Part shown: positions 15,271 to 30,680 of the stretch, piece by piece
How the letters are laid out: every line of letters begins with the position of its first letter
Position numbering within the stretch: the stretch's first letter is position 1
NCBI RefSeq assembly: GCF_009914755.1
Contig: NC_060926.1
Length of the DNA stretch: 64,000 nucleotides
Strand: one strand, 5' to 3'
Source: the human T2T-CHM13v2.0 reference genome, Homo sapiens
Translations under genes and position numbers: made by a program
Notes under the pieces: model-generated
What the model saw: only the letters and a program-made list of their open reading frames with translations
Database searches by the model: none
What the model was told of the DNA's origin: nothing

Positions 15271-15644
15271 AGCTCTTTTCAAGATAACAATGGAAGATGT
15301 GAACTCACTTTCTGATGTTCTATGATTGAAAAGAAACATGCTTCCACAAATTGTTCTAATTTTACTGCATAATTGAGCAGATTATACTATAAATTAATGT
15401 GTTGGCACAGTTAACTATTTCTTGTTTACTTTTCTTTCCCTAAGGAGTCTGCTACTCTGCAGGAGGCCTTTTAAACAGAAACATCCCATTAACTTTCTTA
15501 ACACAGAGGCGAGAAAACAAACAACAACAAGCATAGCTACAATCGCTGTTATTAGGCACCCTGAAAAGATGTAACCCTGAGCATTGGATAGCAGTAAATC
15601 ATAGAAGGGGGGTGTCAGGATGGGGAAGCCAGAAAGTCTAGCTT

Positions 15645-15840
15645 ACTTTTTCTCAAAATATGATCTGCTTTAGAATCCTGAGGGAGTTGATTAAACATGC
15701 AGATTCCTGATCTCTGGCCCAAACTACTGAATCTCAGTCTAACGGCAGAGTTCCTAATGGGCCTGTTTTCATAAAGATTCCTGGATGATGGTTTTTGTTT
15801 TTCACTCTTGTACATTAAATATTAGGACTTTGAGAATCTA
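15645..15840. mobile_element. MER5-type DNA transposon relic
   Basis: TTCTCAAA...ATGCAGATTCCTG...ACTACTGAATC...TTTGAGAA. Confidence 0.55.
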
Positions 15841-16359
15841 GTTCATTCTGAGTCATATGCTTCAGTTAAGGTACTCTGTCTGCATAGGGTACTCTGGCTA
15901 ATTTAAACAAACAGGAATTTACTAAGAGCACCCAAAAGTTACTGAGACAAGAAGCAGTATTGGGAATAGGAAGGAATGGAGTTACCTTGGGGTCTAGGAA
16001 GCAAGAACCACAACATGAAAAATCTGTTCAGGCTATTGTAGCTCAGTCTGGATGGATGCTCGCCGTTTGTAGTGTCTTTGTTTGCATGCACAGGTCATGT
16101 GTTGGTCCCGTGTGTAATGGGTAGGTGGGCCCCTGCAGATGAAACTGGATTGAATAGGGAAAAGATAAGTCCAAAAAGGAAAGGGAAAGAAGGGAAATTA
16201 ATACTGAGTAGTCCAAACATAGCTTTTCTACAGTACAAAATAATCTAGTTTCACTATTGATTGAAGCTAATTGCTATTCCTAAGTACCCTCCTAATAAGA
16301 CCTAGTCTGGAAGGGCCCTTCACTCATAAAAACAATGAGGCATTTAAATGCTGATGATG

Positions 16360-16900
<541 letters not shown>

Positions 16901-18240
16901 ATGAATAAGTAAATGCCTCTTATGAACCCTATTGACATCAAGTAGGAATGAGCACTAGAGCTTTAAGAGGCCTCAGCTCAGCCTATCCAGCCCTTTGGTG
17001 GTGCTGTGTGTCTACAAAACTTTCCTTTGTACACAGCTACTTTTTCCCCTACACTCACCTCAAAAGGGCTTGTCAAGGTTGAGGTTGTAGCCCCTAGTTA
17101 TTGAATTGTTTAATTCAATAACTTGTTTTGTGAAAACGTAGCAGAGATAAATAACTTTTTCTATGTAATAGAACCCACTTAGGATAGTTAGCTGATTAAA
17201 GTTTATCATATAACTATAGTGTCCATACCATTAGGTTTCCATTGTCTGCCCTTGGCCTTAACATTTCCTCAACATAGAACACTCCTCCAAATCATATTTC
17301 TGACTCTTTCTCAGCATTTGTATTTCCGCTCAAATGGCATTTTCTCAAAGGGAAATCTTTATGAACTTCCTCACAATGCCCCTGCCTTCTACTCTATCCT
17401 CACTGCCTGATCACTCCCTAGTCTATTATGATATTTTTCCTTCATAGCAGTCATTATCTGATTAATAAGCATTTTTACTTGTTTAAGATTAGTCTCTTTA
17501 TGCTGCCTCCCAACATACAAACAGTCCCCCCAAACTGTAAAGTATCTGCTTTCCTCAACAGGTTATGAATAAGATTGCCATTTATTTAAAGTAGGACTTG
17601 AATAGATATTTGTTACTTAAATCCAAAGCTATCATAATGCCAATCTCTTTAACAGGGGCACAGAAGGCCCTTCCTTTCCATTCTATCTTTAAACACATTA
17701 TCATTTATCCTATGCCTTAAACAGAATCGTGTTTATAGTTTGCTGAATATGCTATATGCTCTTTCATTTTTCATGAGGATTTCTGTTTTTTTTTTTTCTT
17801 TGCATGCACAGAATTTAAAAAAAATTTAAAAAAAGGAAAAGTCACAAGGTGGATTAGGTTGCTAGACCTTAAAACACTCCCTGATTTCTTTGTCTTAGTC
17901 ATTTCCTTTTTTTAATTGCTAAATTTTCTTTCCAGATTCCCTGCTTTTCTTTTAGTAAGAGTTTAACTGTACCTTATACAAATCAGTAATTATTCTCTTA
18001 ATAACTAGTTATACTACAGGGTTAGATAGTTGGCTCATTCATTAACAAAGTTAAACATTTTATTTTAAAACAAGTTTTATTTTGTAAATATAACCATTTA
18101 GCAATAACTTAAATTTAAGTTTAAGCCATAAATGGAAAAATTACTACAACGGTAAAGCAACATGTAAGTCAGTCTCAAGAGTGTTTAAATTTTATGCAAT
18201 GATTAGGAAGGATGATAGGTATCAGATCTGAAACTTTATA

Positions 18241-19855
18241 AACTGTGGACCCTTCCCTCTCAGCCTATACAAAAATCAACTCAAAATGGATTAAACACTT
18301 AAATATAGGATCTGAAACTGTGGAACTACTAGAGGAAAGCCTAGGGGAAATGGTTCAGGACAGTCAACAAAACCAAAAATAGACAATGAGGTTACATAAA
18401 ACTGAAAAGCTTCTGCACAGCAAAGGAAACAATAAGCAAGGTGAATAGACAGCCTGTAGAATAAGAGAGAATATTTGCAAATTATTCATCTGAAAAGGGG
18501 CTAATATCCAGACTATATAAGGAATTCAAACAAGTCAACAGCAAAACAACCCCCAAATTATTCAACTAAAAAACGGGCAAAGCATATGAATAGACATTCC
18601 TCAAAAGAAGATATTCAGATAACCAATAATATAAAATGATCAACATCACTAATCATCCAGAAAATGCAAATCAAAACCACAGTGAGATATCATCTCACTC
18701 CAGTTAGAATAGCTAATATAAAAAAAGACAAAAAATAATAAATACTAGAAAAGATGTGGAGAAGAGGCAACTCTTGTACAAGGTTGATGAAAATGTAAAT
18801 TAGTGCAGTTATTATGGAAGTCAGTATGGAACTTCCTCAAAAAACTAACAATAAAACTCCCATATGATCCAGCAATCCTACCACTGGATATTTATCCAAA
18901 GGAAAGGAAGTCGGTATATTTAACAGGCATCTGCACCCCCATGTTTATTGCAGCACTATTCACAGTAGCCAAGATATGGAATCAACCTAAATGTCCATCA
19001 ACGGATGAATGGATAAATAAAATGTGGTACATATACACAATGGAGTACTATCCAGACATAAAAAAGAATGGAATTCTGACATTTAAGGCAACAAGGATGA
19101 ACCGGAAGACATTATGCTAAGTAAAGTAAGGCACAGAAAGATAAAATACCACATGTTCTCACTCAGGTGGGAGCTAAAAAAAAAGTGAGCTCTTAGAAGA
19201 ATAAAGTAGAATTATGGTTATTAGAGGCTGAGAAGTTTAGGGAAGAGGGAAAGAAAAAAAGGTTGGTCCATGGGTACAAAATTATAGCTTGATAGGAGGA
19301 ATAAGTTCTAGTGTTCACAGCATTGCAGAGTAAATGTAGTTAACAATAATTTATTGAGTTTTTTTTTTTTTTTTTTTTTTTTTTGAGACGGAGTCTCACT
19401 CTGTCACCCAGGCTGGAGTGCAGTGGCACGATCTCCGCTCACTGCAAGCTCTGCCTCCCAAGTTCACGCCATTCTCCTGCCTCAGACTCCTGAGTAGCTG
19501 GGACTACAGGCACCCGCCACCACGCCCGGCTAATTTTTTGTATTTTTAGTAGAGATAGGGTTTCACCGTGTTAGCCAGGATGGTCTCGATCTCTTGACCT
19601 CGTGATCCACCTGTCTCAGCCTCCTAAAGTGCTGGGATTACAGGCATGAGCCACTGCGCCTGGCTGTATTGTGTATTTTCAAAAAGCTAGAAGAGATGAT
19701 TTTGAATGTTCCCAACATAAAGGTTTGATAAATGTTTGAGGTTATGGATATGCTAATTACTCTGATTTGATCATTACACATTGTATATATATACTGAAAT
19801 ATCACTCTGTAACCATAAATACATACAATGATTCTATATAAAGATAAAATGAAAA
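18241..19855 (+). mobile_element. L1MA (MA4-8-like) 3' portion
   Basis: ORF 18803-19120 is the L1 ORF2 C-terminus ([14 protein letters not shown]...WNQPKCPSTDEWINKMWYIYTMEYY); L1MA-type 3' UTR. Confidence 0.9.
19359..19665 (-). mobile_element. AluY
   Basis: GCAAGCTC, TTCACGCCATTCTC, TTAGCCAGGATGGTCTCGATC; long T-run. Confidence 0.95.
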
Positions 19856-20076
19856 GTAATGTTTATGCTTTTATTGTCAAATGTAATTATATATATTTAA
19901 TTTTTGCTTATGATAAGACTATTAGAGTCTGCAGATAAATTTAAGTGCTTAAGAAATTGAAACACATCAGAGTTTTACATTGAAATGTGTGGATCTTTCT
20001 TCAAGAGTCTCAAGCTCATGCTTAACTGGACAATTGAAAAATATCACTCTTTACTGATTTATATCAAGTTTTATTT

Positions 20077-20162
20077 GTACTAAAAACTAGTTTTAGTACT
20101 TACCTTTAATTTTCTAGTACTAAAACTAGTTTTTAGTTTTAGTACTTACCTTTAATTTTCTA
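20077..20162. repeat. Complex short tandem plus inverted duplication
   Basis: 20088-20116 repeated exactly at 20134-20162; 20116-20136 is the exact reverse complement of 20080-20100. Confidence 0.9.
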
Positions 20163-20859
20163 AGGAAAGCTAGTAAGATGCTTTGGCTAACTTTATTGAA
20201 GAATAACTTGGTATGAAATTATGATTTGTGATAGAAAAAAGAACTTAGATTTTATTATTTATTTTCAAAAATCAAATTAATGAAATATTTAGATTGATCT
20301 TTTTTGTTAGTCAATAAATTCTGACTGTGGTTGATCATGGTTTTCCAGGGCAGACACTATATTAATTTTAGTGTCATTTGAAAGAAAATTATGTTACAAC
20401 TGAGAATATACTCATGAAAAGATAAGTAACAATTTAAACAATACACATCACAAATAAAGCAGAACCTATTTTTTGGAAAGACTTGCTGTATTATTAAAAG
20501 AGGCTACTATTGGTTTGATTAGTGTGACAAACTTCATGATGGAGTGGGAATTTTTAATGGTCATGGAAAATTATTTAATTTCAGGAGGCGAAATATTGAT
20601 GGATGAGACATTCAACAAAGGGTTGATAGAGGGAGATAGGAAAGGAAATAGAAATGTACCTGGAGACAGATATTGTCAATATGACCAGGGAGAATTAATT
20701 GTGTATGGAACAGTGAGATACATTTGAAAATGTGGTATAGGATAGATTATACAGAATTCTGAGGAGTTTAATACTGCATTTGTATCCATTAGCAATGGTG
20801 AGCTGTTTAAAAGAAGTTTTTGAATCTTTAGAATATTTATTTGAAAGGTTTGATATATT

Positions 20860-21040
20860 TGTTTTCCAAGTGTGATCTAAAGATAGATCACATAATAAAA
20901 TTGTCTAGAGAGTTGCTAAAAATGCATCAAGCTCCCAAACCCTAACCTTCTGATGTAGTATGTTTGGGTGGGAACCAGGACTACATTTTTTAGCAAGATC
21001 TCTTATTATTTCTCACTTCACAATAAGTCTTAGAACCATT
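20860..21040. mobile_element. MER5A-like relic
   Basis: TTTTCCAAGTGTG...GGGTGGGAACCAGG...TTTTTAGCAAG...AGTCTTAGAACCATTG. Confidence 0.5.
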
Positions 21041-21215
21041 GGAGGAGGAACTATAGCCTGTGGAGCTCCCTTCTCTAAGGTTGCTGGAGCCCAGTCTCTC
21101 ATGCCTCTCTCAGCTTATTTTCAAATATAAACCATCTCAAACATTGTGACTCAACAATACACCTGAACAATTAAAGATGAGTGCATTTTTTTTCCTATGC
21201 TAAACCTCAAATGAG

Positions 21216-21679
21216 TGAAATGGACCACCCAATAGTCCCATAGCTAGCTTTTTAAAATTTTTATTTTATAAACATAGAAATTGACTCTTACGGTCTTAAA
21301 GTTTCAAAGTTATATTTGTTTTATCTGAGTTCCTTCCTGAGGAAAGGACCTTCAGGCCTCTCAAAAAACGTGTCAAAGAACTGAAACTCATCAGATCACC
21401 ATGTCCAGACAATGAAATACTGAACCCCCTCATTCATCATGATTACTTTCTTGCCGCTCCCTAGTTCCTGTTTTCTTACACATTGTTTCATTTCTTTCCT
21501 GCTGTATAAACTCCTAGTTTTAGTGTGTCAAGGAGATGGATTTGAGAATGAGCTCCCATGGCCTCTGCTGCAGCACCCAATTAAAACCTCCTTCCTTGAC
21601 AATACTCATTGTCTTAGTGGTTGGCTTTCTGTGCGGTGAGCAGCAGGACCTAGACCAAACCCTTGGTGTTTCAGTAACA
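21216..21679 (+). mobile_element. MER66-type solo LTR
   Basis: TGAAA...CCCAATAGTCCCATAG...ATAAACATAGAAATTGAC...; ends TTTCAGTAACA; imperfect TSD TGAG/TGAT. Confidence 0.75.
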
Positions 21680-23819
21680 TGATCAGAAATTGTGATTTGC
21701 TTCCAACCTGTGTTCAAAGCCAAGGCTCTCAGAGAACATCATTGGTCACCTTTATTAGACTGTCACCATATTAAGTAGGACTCTTCTGATTGCATGATAT
21801 AAAATCCAGAGACTATGCAAACTTAGCAATATATTTTATAGAAGAATAACTTTTTGGTAGAAAAAATTAGGAGTGCCACTTGGGCCTTGTTTTGTTTTGT
21901 GTGTGTGTCTGTGTATTTTTAAAAGTATAAGTCTAAAGTGACATTCAGAAGAGAAATGTAACTCTATACCTTTCATTATTGATGCATCGATTTGAATAAT
22001 TTGTGTAAGTTCTTGGGTTAGGCACACATGGAGTGTGTGTGAAGAGTAACGAAGCCTTCCATTTGTTCTTCACAAATTTTTAAATGTGTCTCCTTTATTC
22101 TTTCCATTTTGAAAAATTAAATCATTCTCACGCCTCCATTTGCTAGGTGTAGATATTCATATTTGGAAATCTTTGTATCCTCTGATTGATGGGTATAAGT
22201 CTGTCATGGAGGTTGCCATGTAAAGCTAAATGCAGAATTTGTTTTCTCTATGAATTGATTGCTCATGTAAAATCACTTTTTACTGCTGCTGGTATTTAAC
22301 ACATAAATCTATCATTTACTTTTTTTTTAAGTGAAGGAGCTACTGGTTTATCATGTGTAGGAAACTTTTTTTCACTATGTCATCACTAAATCGAAGGTAA
22401 AATTATGTTTTTTTCCTGAACTATGAATTCTATGCTTTCCTTGAAATAGATAAAATAGATAAACAAGTAAGGTATTAGAGGAGTCTGGAAAATATTCATT
22501 AGTATCCACCTTTAGGTTTACCTGAAGTAGTCAGGATTTTCTTTTTAGTATTCCATTTTTATATGAAGTACCATTTTATATCAACTTCTTTTGTTCCATT
22601 GTCAGAATCTAAAGAAATATTATCTTTCTACCTGGCATTTAAACTGGTTCTCTATTTTTAATGGATGATGTGCATTGATTTGAAATACCTTGATAAATAA
22701 TTATTTAAATGGATGAAGAGACAAATTGTTCCAGTAATAAATATTTAACCTAGGAGTAGGTTAGGCACTTTAAAAAGCTGTAGTAATACATGCAAGGCAT
22801 TTTGGTTAATATTCAAAAACTGACCTCTGAAAATAATAAAAAATGTGTTAATTATAATCCAAGACATACCAGAGTAAACACCAATGAATCCTCCTTTATT
22901 TTACCTTGTCTCTCAATATTCTAATTCTGTAACAATAAATATACTCTTAAAGGTGAATTTTAGACATTATCAATTTATCTATTAGAAAATTATATGATGC
23001 TAATTCCATCATGATACATATTTAACAATGTAATAAATTAATTAAGTTAAACACAATTTATTAGATTAATTACATGGGGCTTAATTAGTAATTAAATAAA
23101 CTACACTATAACATATTTACACCAATTTATGGAAAATGCTTTTCTCTTTATCTTTATTTTTTAATTCCTGACAACCTGGTAGAAGTTAAACTACAGAAAA
23201 AACATCTGCATTCTAGATTTTGATTATTAGTATTCTAAATTACAAATGCTTGTACTTGAACAAATTATATTATGGTAATTTTTTTCCTTTAAAGGGAGAA
23301 TATCAATGGTTGAAGAATAATTCAGGCTATTTATCATCATCTTTGAAAAAGCAAAGTAACAATACAGCCCATTTAGGAGACACATTAATCTCCCATGTGA
23401 CTCCAGAAGCAAACAGAATTTTAAAAAGCATCTTCAGAAATTATTTGGAATATACTTCTGTTCTCTAAGAATATATCTCTAACTTTCTTTTAACAATTTA
23501 AGACATAAAGGCAACACTAGATACTGATGCTTCAGGAAGTGTCACAGTAGAAAAGTTTTAACAAAGTTTATAGCCCTGGGGCCTTGGAAGGAAAAGCTAA
23601 AAACTATAAGTAGGGTAGTAGTGAATTACAATGATAAAAACTAAATGTCTTCCTTTTGCACATTAAGTTATGTTAAAACACTGACTGGTAAGTTACAGAG
23701 CTGCGGTTTGAACCTACATTTGTCTGAACCAAGTTTCCACACTTTTGACCACAATACCTTGATGCAGTGATTAAGAAGGTATTTTGTTGAAGCAGATAAT
23801 AGGAATTCATACACTTCCT

Positions 23820-24426
<607 letters not shown>

Positions 24427-24553
24427 ATGGATACCCCATTCTCCATGATATGCTTGTTTCACATTGCATGCCTGTATCAAAACATCTCGTGTACCCCCCG
24501 TAAATATATATACCGACTATGTACCCACAACAATTTAAAAAAATAAAATAAAA
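24427..24553 (+). mobile_element. L1MA2-like terminal 3' end with A tail
   Basis: ATGGATACCCCATTCTCCATGA...CATTGCATGCCTGTATCAAAACATCTC...CTATGTACCCACAA plus A-rich tail. Confidence 0.85.
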
Positions 24554-24561
24554 TGACTTCT

Positions 24562-25200
24562 CCCCATCTGTAGATTATCTTTAATTTCTTTAAGGTTTAT
24601 TTTACAGGTCAAATTCCAACATAACCATATTTATCAATCTTCTATTTTATACTTAGTTTTTTTATGTCTTATTTAAGAAATCCTACCTTTCCCAAGACTT
24701 TCACCTTTAATATTTGACTAAAAGTCTTTTTGTTGTTGTTGTTGTTCTTTTTTTTGTTTGTTTTTGTTTTTGTTTTTGTTTTAGACAGAGTCTTGCTCTG
24801 TTGCCCAGGCTGGAGTGCAGTGGCACAATCTGGGCTCACTGCAACCTCCACCTCCTAGGTGAGTTCGAGTGATTCTCCTGCCTCAGCCTCCGGAGTAGCT
24901 GGAATTACAGGCGCCCACCACCACACCCAGCTAATTTTTTTGTATTTTCAATAGAGACGGGGTTTCATCAGGTGAGCCAGGCTGGTCTCAAACTCCTGAC
25001 CTCAGGTTATCCACCCGCCTCGGTCTCCCAAAGTGCTGAGATTACAGGCATGAGCCACCACACCCGGCCTCTACTAAAAATCTTAAGTTTTGTTATTGAC
25101 ATTTCATTCCTAGGATCTTCTGGAGTTTGTCCTTTTATATGGAGTGAGAAGAGGTCAAATTTCATATTTTGTTGTTATCATTGTTCATATGGAACATTTT
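24562..25200 (-). mobile_element. Old L1M ORF2 fragment (continues at 45180 on the + strand)
   Basis: Reverse complement ends CTACAGATGGGGAGAAG, matching L1 ORF2 CTACAGAATGGGAGAAA. Confidence 0.6.
24727..25069 (-). mobile_element. AluS with compound microsatellite tail
   Basis: Full Alu; TSD ACTAAAA(G/A)TCTT; (TTG)n/(TTTTTG)n tail. Confidence 0.95.
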
Positions 25201-25721
25201 GTGAGTCTCTGTGAGGCAGAAGTTCCATACAAAAAAGTGTGTTTGGAAGTAAAAAGAAAAATCAGAAACCAGAAGATTCTGAAAATGAAAGATTATCATG
25301 ATAAGGAATCATATTAGCAGTCCAGCATATTAAATGGAAGGAATGTCTGAAAGCACCAAGCAAAGATAACAAGAGATGGACATCAAGGAAAAGATATGAG
25401 TTCCAAGAGTTAAACCATGAAAAACAAAACTGTAAATACCCGGATTTTTAGGGAAAAAAAATAGCTGCAGTAAAGGCAGTAATGAAACAATAAAGAAAAT
25501 TTCATTTGCTTAAAAAAATGGAGTCTCAACACTGAAAGATTCAGCAATGAAAGTATAATAATGAAAAATATATATAACATTAGTTTAACAGTTGAACTCA
25601 ACATCTGTTTACAAATTTAAATTTAGACAGTCTTGCTCTAGAATCACTGCTGTGTGAATCTGTATGATTTGACAATTACAAGTTTGCATGACACACTAGA
25701 TATTATTACTATCGGGCTCAA

Positions 25722-26025
<304 letters not shown>

Positions 26026-28698
26026 TGAATTTTTTCTTTTTAGACCAAAGTACTATAGACAAAAGCACACAAAAGTCACACTGATCTCTGTATTCCAACT
26101 CCTATCTTTGGCATTTCCTATGAAGTTACAGCGAGACTATTTTACTCAGCAAACTATGTACCATGCACCATCTGTGGATGGCAGTGGGGAAAAAGATAAC
26201 ACAGGAACTCATAATTTAATACAGTGTCAGTACAGTATTATGAGACAAGATAGGATAGAAGCGAGATCCTCACTATTGAAGAGTCTGCAAGTGCTATAAG
26301 ATCCTGCATGGCAGAGAGCGTTCCTCACGTGGTTAGGGAGAGAATTACAGTGGAGCAAAAGAGGCAATAAATTACAATCAGCCTATGTGACTCAGTGTCT
26401 TCAAAGTTAATAATTGCTAAGAATCTGAAATCTAAAACAAATACTGATTATTATTAAACTACAGTGTAACACATACTTTCTTCTTGGCTATCAGGTCTTT
26501 CTTCTTTCAATACCTGGAGGAAAAATACTCACCATTTAAGCCACTTGCGGAAAGCCCCTTTTTGCTTTCTAAAATTTGCTTCACAAAATGTATCATTTTC
26601 TCCTTCCTGTATTCAAAGCAGTTTTAGTCCTATTTTAGCAATTTCAATGTGCATTATTTTAGTTGTCTCTCTCCTTTACCACACTATGAACTCCTGAAGC
26701 ATGATGTCAATATATTTCTTGTGTCTAAAAAGAAAAGGAACTCAACAATTGACTGTTGAAAGAATGAGAATGAATAAATTGACAAATAAATGAATGAACT
26801 GAATGATCAGCTTGAGAACTCAAACATACAAACCAAAACAGTATGCCAATGGGTATTCATATTTTAAATAACTTAAGCCTCAAAAATTGCATCTCTTGTG
26901 TTTACATTGAAGTCAAGGTCTTTGGTCCAGCTATCATACCACAAAATAGCGTGAGTGCTTCGCAGCATCACTGTTACTATTCTTTCCTCCAGTTCTCCAA
27001 TCCCATCATCCAAAGTAGTATTTCTCTTTCTTTCAATATAGAAATGTCACTATTGAAAACCTATCACATGTTTTATTCTATTCAAAGAGAAAGTAAGACA
27101 TGAGCCTTAGCATTGCCTCACCCATATTCTCATGCCCTGCATTGTTAAAGAAGCCACTCAGCAGAGCTGTGCTCTTTTAACACTAGCTTGAAATTTCATC
27201 TCTCAGTGTTGTCACAGCCAAATTTTTACAAATTTGTGAATATCCAGTTAGAGTTCAATTGTGAGATCAACCTTTCTCAGCAACTAGATTTCCAGCCTTT
27301 TCTTATGAGGTCAGGAAATTCTTGAGTGTTTTCCAAGATGCACATGTTTCCAGTTTCACAAATAGTACCAAGACCTAAATGAAGCTCCTGATTCCTCCCA
27401 GGAGTCTAGTAAAGCACAAAGCAAATTCTATCCATTTATGGCCCTTCTGTGCACTAAAATTACAGCTGGTCCTTTGCAATTTTTATGTAGAGGGAATTTA
27501 GTCTCTTTATTATCTTTGTACTTGAAATTATGAAGAGTCTTATTCAAAGCACCGTACAGTTTCAACCAAAGAACAGGTATGTGCCAGATTTAAAAATTTG
27601 GACAAGAAATTATTAAGTGACTAATGTCTGATCATAGAACATTGCACAATGGACCCGTTTATTTTACATATCATCACAACTTGGATTCGCACAACTTGTG
27701 TTTTGCTTGTAACTTCTATTTCTTGACTTGATTGCTTTGAAAAGTTTGCATTCTTTAACTAGCCTTAATTATTTGTGTGTATGTGACATCACTTTTCTCT
27801 AAATGGTCAAAGTTACTTTGAATTTTGTTAATATCCACTTTTAAATCAATGCCAATTGTCAAAATATTAAATATATAATTTATCTCACCAATAAGGAAAC
27901 TGAAATTACCTAACCAAGGTACTCATTTTATTTACCATTAATTCCCTTTATTCATTCAGTTTGTGTCTGTTAAGCGTGTTGTTTGTATTAAGCACTATGG
28001 TAGATGCTAAAAATGAAGATATATATAGCACTGAACCTACCCTCAAAATACCTAAGAAAAAGAGCAAAAGAAAAATCAAGGTGAATGGCCTATTACAATA
28101 CAGTGTTTTAAGAGCTCTGACAGAGGTAAGGCAACAACTTTTTCATAGGAAGAAACTCATAAGCAAAGGACTGGAGAAAAAGTAGAAAGGAATTATTAAA
28201 ACATCAACGAAGTTAAAAGACTATAGGTTTTGGAGTCAGAAACCCAGACTTGTAACACAAACTTACTTAGTATGTGACTATTTTTGACTTGTCCCTTCAA
28301 CAGCCTCATCAATAAGAGCAATAAAGTGGTCAGAATGACAGCCCCAGGAATCACTGTAGCCATTTCTTCTTAGCCATTGCAACCAAGGACTACACGTGTT
28401 ACCAACCCACAGTTCTAGCTGAAGCACCTAGCCAACTAACTAGCAACATTTAGGGAATTAATATGTGAATAATAGTGAAATTCAATATATATTCCGTCAG
28501 TCTCTTGTGTATGATCCCAAAAGAAAGACACAAAATTGACTTTATGTTCTTCAGAATCCAACACAAGGAGAGAATCCTGATTGGTGGCATAATTTAGAGC
28601 CTGTTACATATAAACAAATCAATTGCTGCGAAGAGTCAAATCTATTTCCCATCCTGAGGAATGAGTACAATTTGCACTCATGCTTCCTCATGGAATGA

Positions 28699-29580
<882 letters not shown>

Positions 29581-30424
29581 CTAACATTTATCAGTGTGGG
29601 CTGGGATATAATGTAAAAACACAGTTCAAAAAAAGTAATTCTACAATTTTAAGAGTAGCAAAATGATGAATGCAAAATACCCAGCTCATTGATGGCTGAT
29701 TAATGAATGAGAATAAAACTGAGAATATATAGAAACATAGATAGAAGTAAAAGTGATTTAGAGACCTCCAAAACATATTTTTCCCCAACTATCAAGTTTT
29801 ATATAAGTAGTAAGGTAGTAAGGGCAGAGAGTACTTGTTTCTGACTAGTACCTGGAAGAACAATTAAGAGCACTACCATACTCCTCAAAATTCAGCTGAG
29901 TTGGAGATAAGATAGGCAACGGTCTACCTGGGACATAAATAAACAAATGTTAATATAGTTTAGGAATAAATGATATCAGAGGAAAATAATACATAACAAC
30001 ATGGTAGTGACTTGAGATGGGGTTGTTGTGGTGGTGGCACAATATAAACACTGAATAATCAGGGAAGGTTACTCTTAGGAGGTGCCCTGGAGGAAAGACC
30101 TAAACGATCTGATGGTGCCGACCTTAATGAAAATCCAGGGAAAACACTACCGGCAAAACTACAGCAAATGACAAGGCCCAAAGTAGAACAAATTTGGCAT
30201 GACTTGTTTCTGAATCAGAAACTTATACTTGCTAGTTTCTCAGGTGTCAAAAAGTACAAAAAAGAGAAGTACCCCCCCAAAAAAAGACCAATTTGAAAAT
30301 GTTTTTAAGTGGCAATAAATTCATTTCAAAACAAACAAACAAACAAACCATGGACTATGTAGTTGTGAACAGTGTAAACTCCCAGAAAACACTCGGTGGT
30401 AAACATATGTTAGTCTAACTTGCT

Positions 30425-30511
30425 AAATTAGTTGAGCATGTATTATGTTCCATTGACCATTCTGAGTACTTTAAATGTATTAATTCGTTTAATTCTTATC
30501 ACATTATGAAG
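30425..30511 (-). mobile_element. MIR 3' part
   Basis: Reverse complement CTTCATAATGTGATAAGAATTAAACGAATTAATACATTTAAAGTACTCAGAA...GCTCAACTAA. Confidence 0.65.
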
Positions 30512-30680
30512 TGATATGGTTTGGCTCTGTGTCCCCACCCAAATATCATGTTGAATTGTAATTCCCAATGTTGGAGGTAGAGTCTCGTGGGAAGTGATTG
30601 AATCATGGGGGTGAAATTCCCCCTTGCTGTTCTCATGATGGAGTTCTCATGAGATCTAGTTTTTTGAAAGTTTGTAGGAC
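30512..30680 (+). mobile_element. MSTA-type MaLR LTR, 5' half only
   Basis: TGATATGGTTTGGCTCTGTGTCCCCACCCAAAT...CCCCCTTGCTGTTCTC...GAAAGTTTGTAG. Confidence 0.85.

Noticed and set aside
17096-17123. Perfect hairpin AGTTATTGAATT-GTTT-AATTCAATAACT
   Set aside because: Real, but only 12-bp AT-rich arms; too short for a pre-miRNA and no supporting context
27491-27576. Exon-like segment on + (tag|AGGGAA...GAACAG|gtatgt)
   Set aside because: No homology I can identify and cannot be linked into a gene model
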